Below are positions 23,509-36,941 of a DNA stretch of 64,000 nt, one piece after another. The notes under the pieces are model-generated. The model was not told the origin of the DNA. It saw only the letters and a program-made list of their open reading frames with translations, and ran no database searches. Source of the stretch: Octopus bimaculoides. Lineage: Eukaryota. Position numbers and translations under genes: made by a program. Positions within the stretch are counted from its first letter, which is position 1. Each line of letters begins with the position of its first letter. The DNA lies in the NCBI RefSeq assembly GCF_001194135.2, contig NC_068981.1, positions 38,922,848 through 38,986,847 of the forward strand. Direction: 5' to 3'.

Positions 23509-26500
23509 AATTTGAATTTACAAAACTAAAGGCTCCAAACTTTATTACTGGCAAGATGTCAATTCTTTTGCACTTATCTTCTTGAAAGCAACCACCTCTG
23601 TACGGCATAGGAATAACTTTATGGTGAATCTGTTACCTAGTAGTACAGCATATACAACTCTATTTGATGGTTATTGTTGCTGCTACCGATGATGAGGATT
23701 ATGACGATGATGACAATGATAATGATGATGTAGCTGAATATACAGGCATATACAAATATATAGATTTAAGTAGTGTGAATCACATTTGTAAATACTAAAT
23801 TCAGCAACTAACATAATGTAACTTATCCATATTTGCAGTGAATCTGGCTGTAAAAACATTTCAGCCTATGCAATTAGCAAATCAAAGGAAATGCTAACAA
23901 CAAAATTTCATTATTGCATCTTTGATATACACTCGTGTATAAATGTAATAATGGTGCCTTCATACACATATATATATATATTTGTATATTTATGTATGTG
24001 TGTGGATGTGGGTGCAAATGTATATGAGTATGAGTGTGTATGCATGTATGAATATTCAAGCTTGCTTCCACGCATTTAAACTACCTTAAATTACATTCAC
24101 AGTTGCACATACACTGACGTATGTACATGTTTAGTGTAACATATGTATCTCTTTAGTGTTTTCCTTGACAAGCATTAAATGAAAATGTGGTCTATAGAAT
24201 TACACACACATGTAGCATGTGTATATATTTATATTTTTAATTACTTCTTTATTGTACATAAATATGTTTGTTTACACACACACGTGTGTATGTGTGTGTG
24301 TGTGTGTTGTGTTTGAATAAACTTATATTGAAATTAATATAAATCTCATGACAAATAAAATAGGTCTCCGCTAGAAATACACAAGCACATGTCATGAGAT
24401 TTCTCCAAACACATTTGTTTGAAAATCTAGAGATGTGAGTTGTTTTTTGTTTTTTTTTTTATATATTTTCTGAGTTAGAGGAAATCAAGTAAAAGTCTCT
24501 AACATACATTTGTAGGAAAGTTTCCATTTTGAATTTCATAATTATCAGCTAATTCTAACAGTGTTTGTCTTTTCTGGAGTGTTTTAACACAAAAATACAT
24601 TAAAATGGGTTAACTCTTTTTCAAAAAGAGTCCTTTTCTGATAGTTGAAATCTTTGATTTCATATTTTAATTATCAACACAAATAACATAATTCTTCTGA
24701 TTTCATTGGTTACTCAAATTTCAAAGTGGTTTGGAAATTATATTTTTATGCACTTCTCGTTTTTAATGAGATAATTTTTCATTTTCGGAAAGATTATTTT
24801 TGAGGGGAAAAAAAAAGAAAGAAAAATCTAAAAGGATCTAATCCATTGAAAACAATATGTGAGATTGTCAGTTGAAAAGAGTTAGACTGGCAAAAAATTA
24901 ATGAATATATAAAGATTTCATACAGTTTTCTTTTTCTCTTGTTCAAGGAAACCATTGAGGAAGTAAATTGCAATATTGATACACTATGTTAAAAATGATG
25001 TAATACTCTAAAGTACTTTGACCTTGCTGTGGAACTTGAGTGAATTAAAGAAAGTGAATAGAGAATATATGTTGTGTTGATGATGATAAAAGAAAGACTG
25101 TTCCAAAATGTGATAGCACAGAAATGTTTTGACTCCGTATTACTGACCACATGTTATGAGTTCAAATGTACTTCATCAAACATTATTAGTCAGTTTACAT
25201 TGTTGTATTTGCTTCACTTGAACCAACAAAGAAGTCTCTGCATGGTCATCACTCAATGAAATTACCTTCAAATCACATCCTACTTTATTAAATAAAGAAA
25301 AGACTAGTAAGAAAAATATGTTCCTATATTCCCCTAAAAAGGAAGGAAGTTCAAAGCTGGAATGCCTTTTGATCATAGGTCTGCTCAATAAAATACAATA
25401 TATAACAATATCACTACCATTTCATCTGTGAATAATTGATAGGATTTTAACTGAATACATCGGTTTATTTTCTGGAAACTACATTATAATTACTGCTTGG
25501 GATTTGACAATTATATGTCAGTTTCTGAAGTGAATTAAAGACATGATTTAAATCTAATTTACAATTACTGTAAAATTTTGGTTTCAGTGAATATATTATT
25601 GAATTTACATTTTTTTTATGTAACGATGTGTTGATGCTGTATTTATTACAGTTTAGATTTAAAGTTCTATAGAAGGATCATCAACATAGCTACAATCCAA
25701 TGAGGGAAACAGGTAAAAGATAAAAGAAAGATGTGCTTCATTGCATAACAAAGAATAAAAAAAAAGTGTTTGCATTATTTTGTCATTGGAAAAATGATCC
25801 TCCCATAGATCTTAAAAGTTACTCTATGATGCAAACAAAAGAAATCTGTTCTGAAAACTATATTCCAATTGCTACAAAGTATTAGCATTAGTGAGAATTA
25901 TATATAATTTGATAAGACAAACTAGAAAATCTCTCCTGAAAATAAATATTTGGTTTCTTTTTTCAAAATCACTCTCAACAATATAGCAAGTTTGTTAGAA
26001 TTTATAAAAGGAAAAGGAAACACACTAATCTAATTCAAAGTGAGCAGCAAAACCATAAAATTGTCAACATGAGTTACAAGCAGATTATACAAGAAGAAAA
26101 AGAAGAAAACAGAAAGTTTCATAAAACAGAATAAAGAAACAACTTTTCTTATAAGAGGTGACAATACCAATGAAAAGTTGAGAATTTGTAGAAAGATAAA
26201 TTATTTCGATTAGTAACATTTAGAAGTATTTATAGTATACAACTAAAGTGGCATTAGCCTGGTAATAAGAGGAAAGTTTAGAGTGAAGTTTAGCTACCAA
26301 AACAAGACCAGCAATGTTAGAAACTCACTTTTAAACCTGGTCAAGGAAAAAGACAGAAGAAGAACAGAGACACAAACTCATAAGTAACAGCACTATCTTA
26401 TTCATAAGAGATTTATTATAAATAAATGATATATTCAGATGGAAGATACTGATGAGCTTGACATTGAAGCCCAACCTTCATAGCAGCTAATTTAGCAATA

Positions 26501-26810
26501 AATCTAATATGACCAATTCAAGTCAAATCTTTGAAAAATGTTAAACCAAAAAGACAAAGACTCAGAAAAAAGTGTATCAAACATAGAAGTAGATTTTCAT
26601 CAGAGTTCCTGTAACAGTAAATGGAAAGTAGTGTAGTTTCTGCAGGGTTGAAACCAACTACTAAGCACTTCAATCAGTCACTGAATGCAGGTCAAGCACA
26701 ATAGTTATTTCTTCCTTATCAAACAAATCAGATTTCTCATTCAAACAGAAAAAAACATTGTCATCAGCAAAGACAAGTTTAGATGTAACATCAAGAAGGT
26801 CATTAATAAT

Positions 26811-27024
26811 TCTTTCTACTGAAGGCACAAGACCGTGAAATTTTGAGGGAGGTGACTAGTCGATTACATCGACTCTAGTGTTTCACTGGTACTCAATTTA
26901 TCGACCCCAAAAGGATGAAAGGCAAGGTCAACCTTGGCAGAATTGAACTCAAAATGTAGCAGCAGAGGAAATACCACTAAGCATTTTGCCTGGCATACTA
27001 ATGATTCTGCCAGCTTACCACCTT
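26811..27024 (-). mobile_element. tRNA-derived SINE, family B, with 18-bp TSD
   Basis: Reverse complement of 21216-type element. TSD AAGAAGGTCATTAATAAT at 26793-26810 and 27025-27042. Confidence 0.9.
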
Positions 27025-28398
27025 AAGAAGGTCATTAATAATAATTAAGGAAACAATGGGACTAAAAATAGATTGAGGAAAACTGGATGACATGCTAGAG
27101 TAAGTAGGAGCATGATGGCCATTTAAGATAATTTAATTCAACATTCATTCAGAAAAGATTAATAAATGCCAAGATTCTTCCAGAACTTCCAGCTTAAGCT
27201 GGCTGAGGGTCAGTAAACCAAACCTTCTTAAATACTTTCAATATAGTTAAGACAACAATACTTGTCTCAGTGTTATTATCTAAAGCATGACAGAAGCATT
27301 TCCTTGTTGTGGTGTTTATCAGAAAACAGACAAAGTGATTTAGGGTACAAAACAAGTGCCTATTGATTATTGTCAATAATAAATATATATCATTTAATAA
27401 AATACCCCCAAAATGTTTATGATATATGTATCATTAATATTTCTGTTGGTACCTAGATTGAGAAAGAGCATCACCCTTTTGTACATTTGAGCTAATTGCA
27501 AAAAAACAAATGATTTTTGTTTGTTTCTTTTTGTTGGTTTAGCTCAGCTACAAGTGTAAACATATTGAGAATATGGTAAAAAATTTACAGACTTTAGTAA
27601 AATTAAGGAATAGTTTTTAACTGATGAAGAATATTATCATACCTGCAGGAAACTATGTAAAAAAAGTTACATGAAATCCCAAAATAAAGAACTTACAAAT
27701 TCAAATCCTAATATTTGAATCTTTCTCAATTATTTAATTTATACCACCATTAAAAAATGGATATACATGATGGATCACTTATTTATGTGTATGCGTATGT
27801 GTGGATGCTCTTGTGTGTGCTTGTGTGTGTGTGTATGTGTGTACAACAACTGACTTTTATAATGGCATCAATCATTTTGAATAATATAGACCTCCTTATA
27901 GTCACATGTTCACAAATATATATACGAGTCAGAAGATATTCGAAACTAATATCAGTGGGGCTTCCTAGTCCATTTGAGTCCTATCAACTACATATTTCCA
28001 ACATGTAATGAAATAGATATTTTCCTTGCCTACAACTGGATCTCAGCAATGTAGTTGCAAGTTTTTGAAATACACTTATATCATGCAAGAAAATTTTGAT
28101 ATTCTAGTAATTATCAAAGGAAATATCATATAGAAAATTGGCTTTCATAAGATCAATAATCCAGCTATTAAATAAGTGTAATCTGAATTTAGGTATGACT
28201 ACTCTATTGAAACAGAGTTATATCAGAGGAATCAGATTCACTTCTGGCTATTTATTCAATATTCCAGAATTTTAACCACTAAAGAACAAAGGTTCATTTA
28301 TAACAGATGTTTTCATTATATATATATATATNNNNNNNNNNNNNNNNNNNNNNNTATATATAAAGTCAAGAGGTATGAAGGTGAATATAAATTTATTT

Positions 28399-28454
28399 AA
28401 CCCCATGACTTCCACAGAATTATGGCTGTTTCACGACCTTCTTCATGTGGTGTT
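28399..28454 (-). ncRNA. Decayed type I hammerhead-ribozyme-like motif
   Basis: Minus strand AACACCAC-ATGAAGA-AGGTCGT-GAAAC-AG CCATA ATTC TGTGG AA-GTC-ATGGGGTT. One core substitution; helices I and III pair. Confidence 0.4.
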
Positions 28455-28732
28455 ATATCATTAATTTCAGTATACAGTAAATTATGTGTACATGTTTGGA
28501 TTAATATATGTGCTCAGCATTATACAATACAATTGTATATGCAAAAAGTAATGCAAGTAGAGAAAGCTAGCTCATCAGATCATCATGGCTACATCAGCAG
28601 TTCAACTTCAAATGTGCACATAAAAGTTACTCTTTATATATACGATGTATGGACGACCTAAACTGAATAAAATTACATTGATTTCCTTTGTAAAAGGTGA
28701 AGATCAGAATACAAATATACTGTGGGTCTATT

Positions 28733-29175
28733 CATCATCAACATCATCATTTAACGTCTGCTCTCCATATTGGCATAGGTTGGACAGTTTGACTGGAACT
28801 GGTAAGCTGAAGAGCTGTACCAGGAAGAGCTGCACCAATCTGATGCCCTTCCCTAACGCCAACCACTCTGAGAGTGTAATAGGTGCTTTTTATATGCCAC
28901 TGGCATGGGTGCCATTTACATGACACTGACACATTCCACAATTATGGCTTCACTTGGCTTGATGGGTCTTCTCAAGCACAACATATCACCAAGGTCTCAG
29001 TCATTTGTCATCCCATCTGTGAAGCACAACATTCAAAGATCATGCTTCAACACCTTGTCCTTTGCCTCCGTGAGGCCCAACATCTGAAGATCATGCTACC
29101 AGCAATGGCCATGGTTACAATTTCATTGGTGTCATTTACATGACACCAGCAATGGTCATGCCTATGATTTAACTT
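28733..29175 (-). mobile_element. RTE family 1 3' UTR/tail fragment
   Basis: (CAT)n, tttaacgtc...gatgcccttcctaacgccaaccac, cacttggcttgatgggtcttctcaagca; matches 9455-9900. Confidence 0.8.
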
Positions 29176-29594
29176 GATTTTTTTTCTTAACATAAGAATG
29201 CCCTTGTATCAATTAAGATAAAGTGCCAAATTGAAATTAAGGGATTCACTATCCTTGATTTAAGTCAAATGATAAGAAATAACAAGAGATAAAATAAAAT
29301 AATAGATAAACCAAAAAATGAAATAACATAAGATTATAAGAAAATAATATAAAAGATATTTACCAAAGTAATTGCACAGACAGGTAGGGAGAGGACAAAA
29401 CAGCTGGTGATTTAAATATTCAACAGAATTCATGGATGATTGCTTCAAAGAGTGAGGTCAATTTTCCAATAACAAACTTCTATTAAAAGCCAACTGAGAT
29501 CACAAAACAGCCACAGAAGGAATTTGAGTTTTCAAGAATGTTGCACTACCAAATACCATACATGCACACATGCACGTGAATGCATGCATGCACG

Positions 29595-29653
<59 letters not shown>

Positions 29654-29849
29654 GCACAGCTGTGTAGTAAGAAGCTTGCTATTCAGTCACATGGTTAGTA
29701 AATAATAGGCAGTTGTCTATAGTTACCCTCACTGATTTTCAAAGAAACATGTCAACAGGGCATCTGACCTCTGTGACAGTATATATTTTTTCTTGTCTGT
29801 CCAAAGAACGATATCCATCCTGTAATGTTTACATTTGAGGGATGTTTTG

Positions 29850-30110
29850 ATGGGAATGTTTCACCATCACTTAGATAAGTTTTGGCCTAAGTTGGTCCAG
29901 GCCATGTCTAATTAGATAATCAACTATTGGGCACATAGCGCATTCAAGCAGAGAGTTATTGTTTTTAGAGACATATCTGGGTGTGGGTGGCTTGCCTGGT
30001 ATTTGTTGGAGATAATCATCTAGGGACTGTTTGAATGCTGTGAAATCACTTAATACTTTAGGACAATTAAATGTTTAATTGTTTAAAAGGCAGTAACAAG
30101 CTACAAACAT
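29850..30110 (-). mobile_element. CR1-type LINE 3' end remnant
   Basis: Minus strand AFKQSLDDYLQQIPGKPPTPRYVSKNNNSLLE resembles the LDK.L..IPD.P C-terminus of CR1-group ORF2. Confidence 0.5.
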
Positions 30111-30439
30111 TTCTTTGGGGAAGCCTGCAGGCAATTGTTTATCCTGTCACAAGTAGTTACCTAATCTCATTTCAACTGTGTTCTACCCTCTTGAAAAAAG
30201 GAAAGACACATTGGACAAAGTTCAGAGATAAAATGCTCATGGCTCAGTTATATTCAATCATACAACAACTTTCTCCATCCTATTCTTATTCTAGCCAATT
30301 ACATTTTCGGTACATCCTTCTCTGCTTCTAATTAGGTCACCTAGGTAGCAGAAACTATGAAGGAGATGACATAGGATGAAGATATATATCGCATTGCTGC
30401 ACTCAAGAAGACCCACTTATCACAACAAAATTGATATCC

Positions 30440-31175
30440 TAAAACCATTTTGGTTACGCTTATCCGTGAGGGGTTCTGCCCCATCAACTGTCTCCCCATC
30501 ACCCACTTTTCAACTCGTAATACCTATCACATCCTTTATCTCCTGTCAGCAGAATAGGCACATTCTATACCCTTTGACTTTCTTAGTTATCAGCTTTCCC
30601 TCCAATTACCTTCTTTCCTTACCTACAACCTCCAGCAGTCACACCCTTTCTGCACCTTCTCCTTTCTGTGCCTTCTCTCCTCTCCCTGTACTTTATCCAT
30701 CATCAACTCCTTGCTTGCTTGCTATCACCCTCAATGCCTTCATATATTTACTGCAACCCCCAGCCCCGAGCCTTTCCTATATTTCTCTTCATCATTGCTA
30801 CAATCACCTCATCCAGCCCAGTACCCCCAACGTCCCTGGAGGGCATGTTCTGCCACATCCCCACTGTCATTTCTCTCACTATCACTCCCTTCATCTTACT
30901 CTCTCCAACTCACTCTCCTTTGTTTTTCCAACTGGAGTACCCATGTATCTACTCTGCTGCATGATAACTATGTCTGTCCCCTTTAAACCTTAAATCTCTC
31001 CACTGACACAAAGCTACACCCAACAATACTATTTGCCCCCTCCTTGTTAAGGTATCTTTGTCTTGAAAGGTACATGGCGATCCTTTTAGTGCTGGTATCA
31101 CATACAAAGTACTAGGGTTGCTCAGGAATTTATCAGCTCCTGTCAAATCACCCAACTAGTGCACAAAAACCTGCA
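30440..31175 (+). mobile_element. CT-rich non-autonomous element ending in an RTE-type tail
   Basis: Pyrimidine-rich body, then ctttgtcttgaaaggtacatggcgatcc...gctcctgtcaaatcacccaac, similar to 33320-33510. Confidence 0.45.
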
Positions 31176-31580
31176 AGGGTGCATCCATGAGGCAAAAAAT
31201 AAAATATCTTCAATTAAATCAGTTTTCAGGTATGTAGCTTACTCCCATTTCACTCTTACTGTTTAAGCTGTTTCTTTTTCTTTAATATGAAAGTTAGAGA
31301 TTTCATTAAAGGGTGATTTCAAATTTTAATCTTGTGGAGAGAGTTCCAAACACCTGATAGTTAAATTGTCAGGCCCACAAATATAAAGTCAATATATAGA
31401 TTCCTAGATCGTGTATTGTGTTGTATTCTTGGATAAGGCATTTAATTTCAAATTGCTCCTGACTATTCAGCTAAAAATGTACTGCATTTGCTGCAGAGTC
31501 ACTTCTCACAGTCTATGTGCCAAAAATCTTGGAAATACAAGATGTCAGTTGCTCTTGTCAATAGCTATAGTACACTGAAA

Positions 31581-31690
31581 GATGATGATGACAATGACGA
31601 CGACGACAACGATGATGACGATGATGATGATGACAATGACGACAGCAACGATGACAATGATGATGAAGATGACTACACTTATAATGATGA
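31581..31690. repeat. (GAT/GAC/AAT)n compound trinucleotide repeat
   Basis: Directly visible. Confidence 0.9.
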
Positions 31691-33254
31691 CATCATTGTC
31701 CACTCCTACTTGTAATCACTGGTCTATAAATCATGAGTTGAATTCTTATCAGCCAGTCAAACTGAGGTACATAAATTTATGTGCCCTCCCCAGTCATACA
31801 TAATATAATAGTTGTAGCGAATACTGAATGTGTCAGTTCCTAACAACACTTTTCAGATCATTATGTTTATGTTTTAATCAATTTTTTTCCTGTGTATTAG
31901 TAATGTCTCAAAAGATATCTTAAATCAAGAAACTATTTTCTCACATCAGTTAAAAACTATCAATCAATCAAACTTATTCCAACATATTTTTAATGTTCTT
32001 AATTTATGCGAGATATTTCTCCTTTCTATTTTGATATTACTCCTTTCTGGTTTGATATTTTAAAACAATTTTTGAAGAGAAAATCTAGTTTGAAATATTG
32101 TACTCTCAAAGCAGGTTTCTTTAAAAATTATGTTGTAATTTTTCTATTTGTTTCTTTCATGTTTAAAATACTTCATAAAATTAAAAAAATACATGTGCAC
32201 TTGATATTCTCTAGAAATACCAGCCATTCCTCCCTCAAACTACACCCCACCATGTTAGAAATGAAACAACATATTAGACAAGGTAGTCCTGATATAAAAT
32301 AAGGTAAAATGGTCAGATTTGGACACCCTTTGCTCATAGGTCTTCTAAATGAAGGCTAGGACTAAACAACATTTAAAAGAACAGACATCCCTCTAGTAAC
32401 TGACTCACTACACACAGATGTATCTCTATTAATTTTTACATTTATATTGAAGGAGCCAAATCATAGTTGACTCTGATACAAAGCGATTTTGTCTGAAAAG
32501 TTTCTACAAGTATATTGTCTCATTAAAAGTCGCTGTGAGATAGGCCTTTCAAGTATATTCTTCTATCTAAAAATCCATTAGTTATAGAAAATGGACCTTA
32601 GTTTTAAAGATGAATGCAAATAATCACCATATGTATTATATAGATGAGGAAGCCTTTCTTGTATAACTATATTACATAAACATCCCCTAACAACCTAGCT
32701 CTGCTAAATATTTATCTACATTTAGCTGTATTGCTTTCTTAAGTGTTTCACTATATCAAATGATGTTTTGTGCTAGTTCTCTACACTTGACTATAGGTGA
32801 GGTCTCCTTTTACTCCACCTGACTTGAAGGTTCTAAATAGAATCATGAGTTTTCTCCTTCTCTGACTAAATTATACACACCCTAAAGTCTAACAAAGACA
32901 CATCTTTGTTACCACCAACCTACACCTTTCTATTTCTTACTCCAAACTTTTCTTCAGACAGCTAAAACCAGCCACCATACTACTTGGAAAACATACACAA
33001 AGAAAAAGACCATGATGGTATCAACAGCAAAACATTCCTGTTCTCCATTCTACCACTGACATCAGAAAAGCATAATGGCTCTGTAAACCCACTTATAATC
33101 AAAATACTAAACACTTCCTTAAGAAACTATACAAAGCCTATGAAGTATTCAACAGCAACACATAAAATGTAAATTTTAGCCAGAAGAGCAACATAAAGAT
33201 CTTTTCTTTCAGCAGATACATGTACTTGTCCCTCTAGCATACTTTAGCCTGTCA

Positions 33255-33540
33255 ACACCTTGCATAAAACCTCTCAAATATTCTCCCCCTCACTCTGTCG
33301 AGGGTTTTTTTTCCAGTTCTCTCCTTGTCTTGTAAGTTACTTGGTAACCTCACTAGAGCCAACAACACCAAAGAAGCACCCACTGCACACTGTTAAGAGG
33401 TTGGCATTAAGAAGGGCATCCAACCATAGAAACCATGCCAAAACTGACTCTGGGGTTTGATGTAGCCCAGTGTCTTGCTGGATCCTGTCAAAACGTCTAA
33501 CTCATGCCAGATGATAAACAATGATGATGATGAAGATGGT
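33255..33540 (+). mobile_element. Non-autonomous element with RTE-type 3' tail
   Basis: gtcttgtaagttacttggtaacctcac...ggttggcattaagaagggcatccaacc...gatcctgtcaaaacgtctaactcatgccag(atg)n. Confidence 0.65.
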
Positions 33541-34669
33541 GGTGGTGCCTACCTGAGCCTTCATGAAACACAGCTTTATATAAAGATGAGATCATACTTA
33601 CCTCCTCACAAAAACACACATCTGTTGCTACACATCTACTCCAACCCTACCTCAGCCACCTAGTAGTCTTGTTCAATATAAATACACAAAAAATAGCAAC
33701 TACCAAATCCACCATCTCCGTGTCTGACAGCAACATCAAACAACATCAAAATACAACCATCACATTCACTAAAATTAATATATCATACAGATAAGAAAAA
33801 TACAAGGAGTTACCTAAAGCACTTCTACAACATTGACAGCACAACATAGAAAACATAGTAAAGAAAATGCAAGCACTCTGAGGTCCACTTAGCAGTGCCA
33901 TGTTTTGTCAACACACTGAAACAGAAATACAACCTATAAGGAACTTATTGGATCAATCACATATATTATACTAGCCCTATTGAGCACTCAAGTGTACCGC
34001 TATGACTGTTAGCCACAGGCCTAGCTTTGGAGTTTATAAGTTCACTTCACAGTTATGGGTTATTAGATTCCTTCTCCTTAGATAACATTTTAGGTAAGTG
34101 TCTTTTACTATAGCCTCATGTTGATCAAAGCCTTCTGTTTTCAGTAACCTATGACACAAGTCAGTTCTTATAAAATAGACCTATGATAAAAGGCAGTTGA
34201 GTGGTAACTATTTCTTTTCTGAGAACCATATTATCCAATGTAAACTGTCTTTACTGAATCATAGAATGTGATTTGAGAGAAATCTGGCAGCTGTATGTGT
34301 CATAAATTTTTGAAATCAAAACCGGCTGAATCTAAAAAAATACTAACCACAACTGAGAAATTATGCATCATAGGTCTGTTTGATCAACTCACCCATTATG
34401 TGTCATAATGCCTAATAAGACCTGCTGGTGTTGAATACCAAAAATTTAAATATATATCTATGTTAGCTATTTCATTCTAATCTATTGCCTAGTTTGTTAT
34501 CACCACCACTTGGATGCCTTTAAAGAAGTACATCCTGTTACAAGCTTTCAGACGAGGTCTCCAAACCAAGGATATGTTTGTATTGATTGCTTCACTAAAT
34601 CTGGGCACAATGATACATTAACTGATACACTAAATATGATATATGTCAATAAATAAGCATGTGTTAACC

Positions 34670-35090
34670 CCTATGACATAGCTTAACTTATCAGATATAA
34701 TAGCCATATTTGTATCTTCTGTCTTTAAAATGCAAGGAAGGATAATATTGTTGAATAATTTAGTTTGAGAAAAACATTGTCTGAAAAAGGTGAGATGGTC
34801 ATGACTAAAATGCCTTTGATCATTTAAGACTGACCTGGGTTTAAATAACTACAACTAGTTCACTATACCTGAATTTAACACTAAATGCACAGTGAGTCAA
34901 GGAGGGATCCTTTATGGTTACTCAATTTACTAGAAATAGCAAACAAAGATGGCTCATATCACACCTTGTCATCTTTTAAAACTAGAAAGAATGTAGTTCT
35001 ATGTACTTTGAACAAGTAAGATGGTCATGGCTGGAATGCATGTAACTGTGATTCTATTAGTCCAGAATTGATCTGGGGTTAAACAACAGA
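34670..35090 (+). mobile_element. Two adjacent copies of a fourth short interspersed repeat (family D)
   Basis: Shared block gatggtcatg(a/g)ct..aatgc...gatc...ggg(g)ttaaa at ~34795 and ~35020. Related pieces at ~25360, ~32300 and ~39050-39240. Confidence 0.55.
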
Positions 35091-36207
35091 AACAGCTTTT
35101 GACCTATCTAAATTTGCCATACTATACTCAGTGGTAGTTAGTTATTTCATTACAGCTGAATGCTTTTAGCTGGATCATTGTAAATGATCACACCTATAAT
35201 TTGTACAAGAGCAATACGTTTCATACTAAGTTGTTTTATTTGTTTCTTTCTCAGAGAAGTGCCACCATATCTATTCAATTAATTTTAACTTTTAACATCA
35301 AAATTTCCTATCCATCATAATACATACATAATATATCATTCTCATTTACTTTGATTTTCTTTATTTTATATATTACAGTATTTAAAACAGACTTTTATAT
35401 TTCTAGTTATTTTTAACATCACACATTTTTATTCTGAACTTTAAACCTTTAGACAATTATGGTTTCTGGTTAATTCTTTAACTTATCGCAAGAAAGAAAA
35501 ATGAAGCTCTATATAATTACCTCAAGGAAGTACTAAAATCAGCGATGAAAATATATGGGAAATTTAGAACAGAGAATGACATTAAATTGATTTCCCTAGA
35601 TACATATAGTAACATAGAAAACAAGGCAAAACAAAGTCAAGAACATTACTTTGAATAAAGGTTAAAATAAGAGTAGAATTGACTATTCGGTGTGAAAACA
35701 AATGATAGACTTTGACAGGTTATAATTCTCAAGGGTTAAGAAAGTATACAACTGTACTTTTTCAGCCAATGAAAAGTGAAGAAATATTTATATCAAACAA
35801 TTCTCTATCCGATATTAGATCTATAATTATTTTTGATGAATCACTGATTATCATTGAGTTGAGAATGAAAGTGATAGCTGAGATTTGTATCCATGAAAGT
35901 TCACCAGCTAAAAACAGAAGGTATAGCTTCTCTACATTAATTATATATCAGGATTTCAACTTTATCATACCAGTGAAATGAGGAACGAGGTGTTCATTTT
36001 CCTTCTTCTTACTTTATTGTTTTTACTTCGAAGAAAATTTTAAAAAATAATTATTAAGTAAGACAAAGAAGTTTGGAAAGTAGTTAACTTTATTCACAGA
36101 CACAAATAAAGAAATCATTAAAAATTCACAATAAAGTTCTTTCACACTTCAATATAAATAATGTGTATGTATTTATATATCTTCACAAATACACACGGGA
36201 ACACACA

Positions 36208-36244
<37 letters not shown>

Positions 36245-36247
<3 letters not shown>

Positions 36248-36512
36248 TCATCATCATCATTGTTTAACGTCCGCTTTCCATGCTAGCATGGGTTGGACGA
36301 TTTGACTGAGGACTGGTGAAACCGGATGGCTACACCAGGCTCCAATCTAATTTGGCAGAGTTTCTACAGCTGGATGCCCTTCCTAACGCCAACCACTCAG
36401 AGAGTGTAGTGGGTGCTTTTACGTGTCACCCGCACGAAAACGGCCATGCTCGAAATGGTGTCTTTTATGTGCCACCCGCACAAGCCAGTCCAGGGGCACT
36501 GGCAACGATCTC
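36245..36512 (-). mobile_element. Young RTE-tail short element
   Basis: (CAT)n-tttaacgtccgctttccatgctagcatgggttggacg...gcccttcctaacgccaaccac. CpGs largely retained. Confidence 0.85.
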
Positions 36513-36941
36513 AACATACACACACACACACACACACATATTGATGCTTATTTGTATATTGAGATATAATGAAAACAATTTTACATTAAACTGAAGGATT
36601 ACTCAATACTTTTCTGTAAAAGTACATATTTATTTTACATTTATGAGGAGTGTGGTGACAGTGATTTCATAATGTCAGTCTGCTAGCCTCCAATGAACTA
36701 TGATGAAAGTTTAGCAGGGCAAAACTTCGAAGTCACTATCACCATACTTCTTGTAAATGTATAATGTATATATATGTGTGTGTGTATGTGTCTATGTAGA
36801 CACACCCAAACACACATACACATGCACATATATGTATGCATCTCTATATAGCCTTCTCTAGAGGTATGAACAGACAAGGAAGGAGCTGTTCTACTCTCTT
36901 AACTCCCTAGAACTTAAGTTTGGTATAGTGACTAACCTTAA

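Noticed and set aside
24341-24402. Perfect 13-bp inverted repeat AAATCTCATGACA / TGTCATGAGATTT
   Set aside because: No TSD or family context visible; could be chance or a tiny remnant.
27611-27668. CTGATGA...GAAAC-TAT-GTA hammerhead-like string
   Set aside because: Helix II does not pair and helix I is only out-of-register A/T runs; probably chance.
28562-28578. GAAA-GCTAGC-TCATCAG
   Set aside because: The two core halves are on opposite strands, so no hammerhead can form.
31488-31715. Poly-Asp ORF
   Set aside because: Explained by a GAT/GAC microsatellite; no credible exon boundaries.
35712-35981. 89-aa ORF in a slightly CpG-richer stretch
   Set aside because: No recognisable motif in any frame on either strand.
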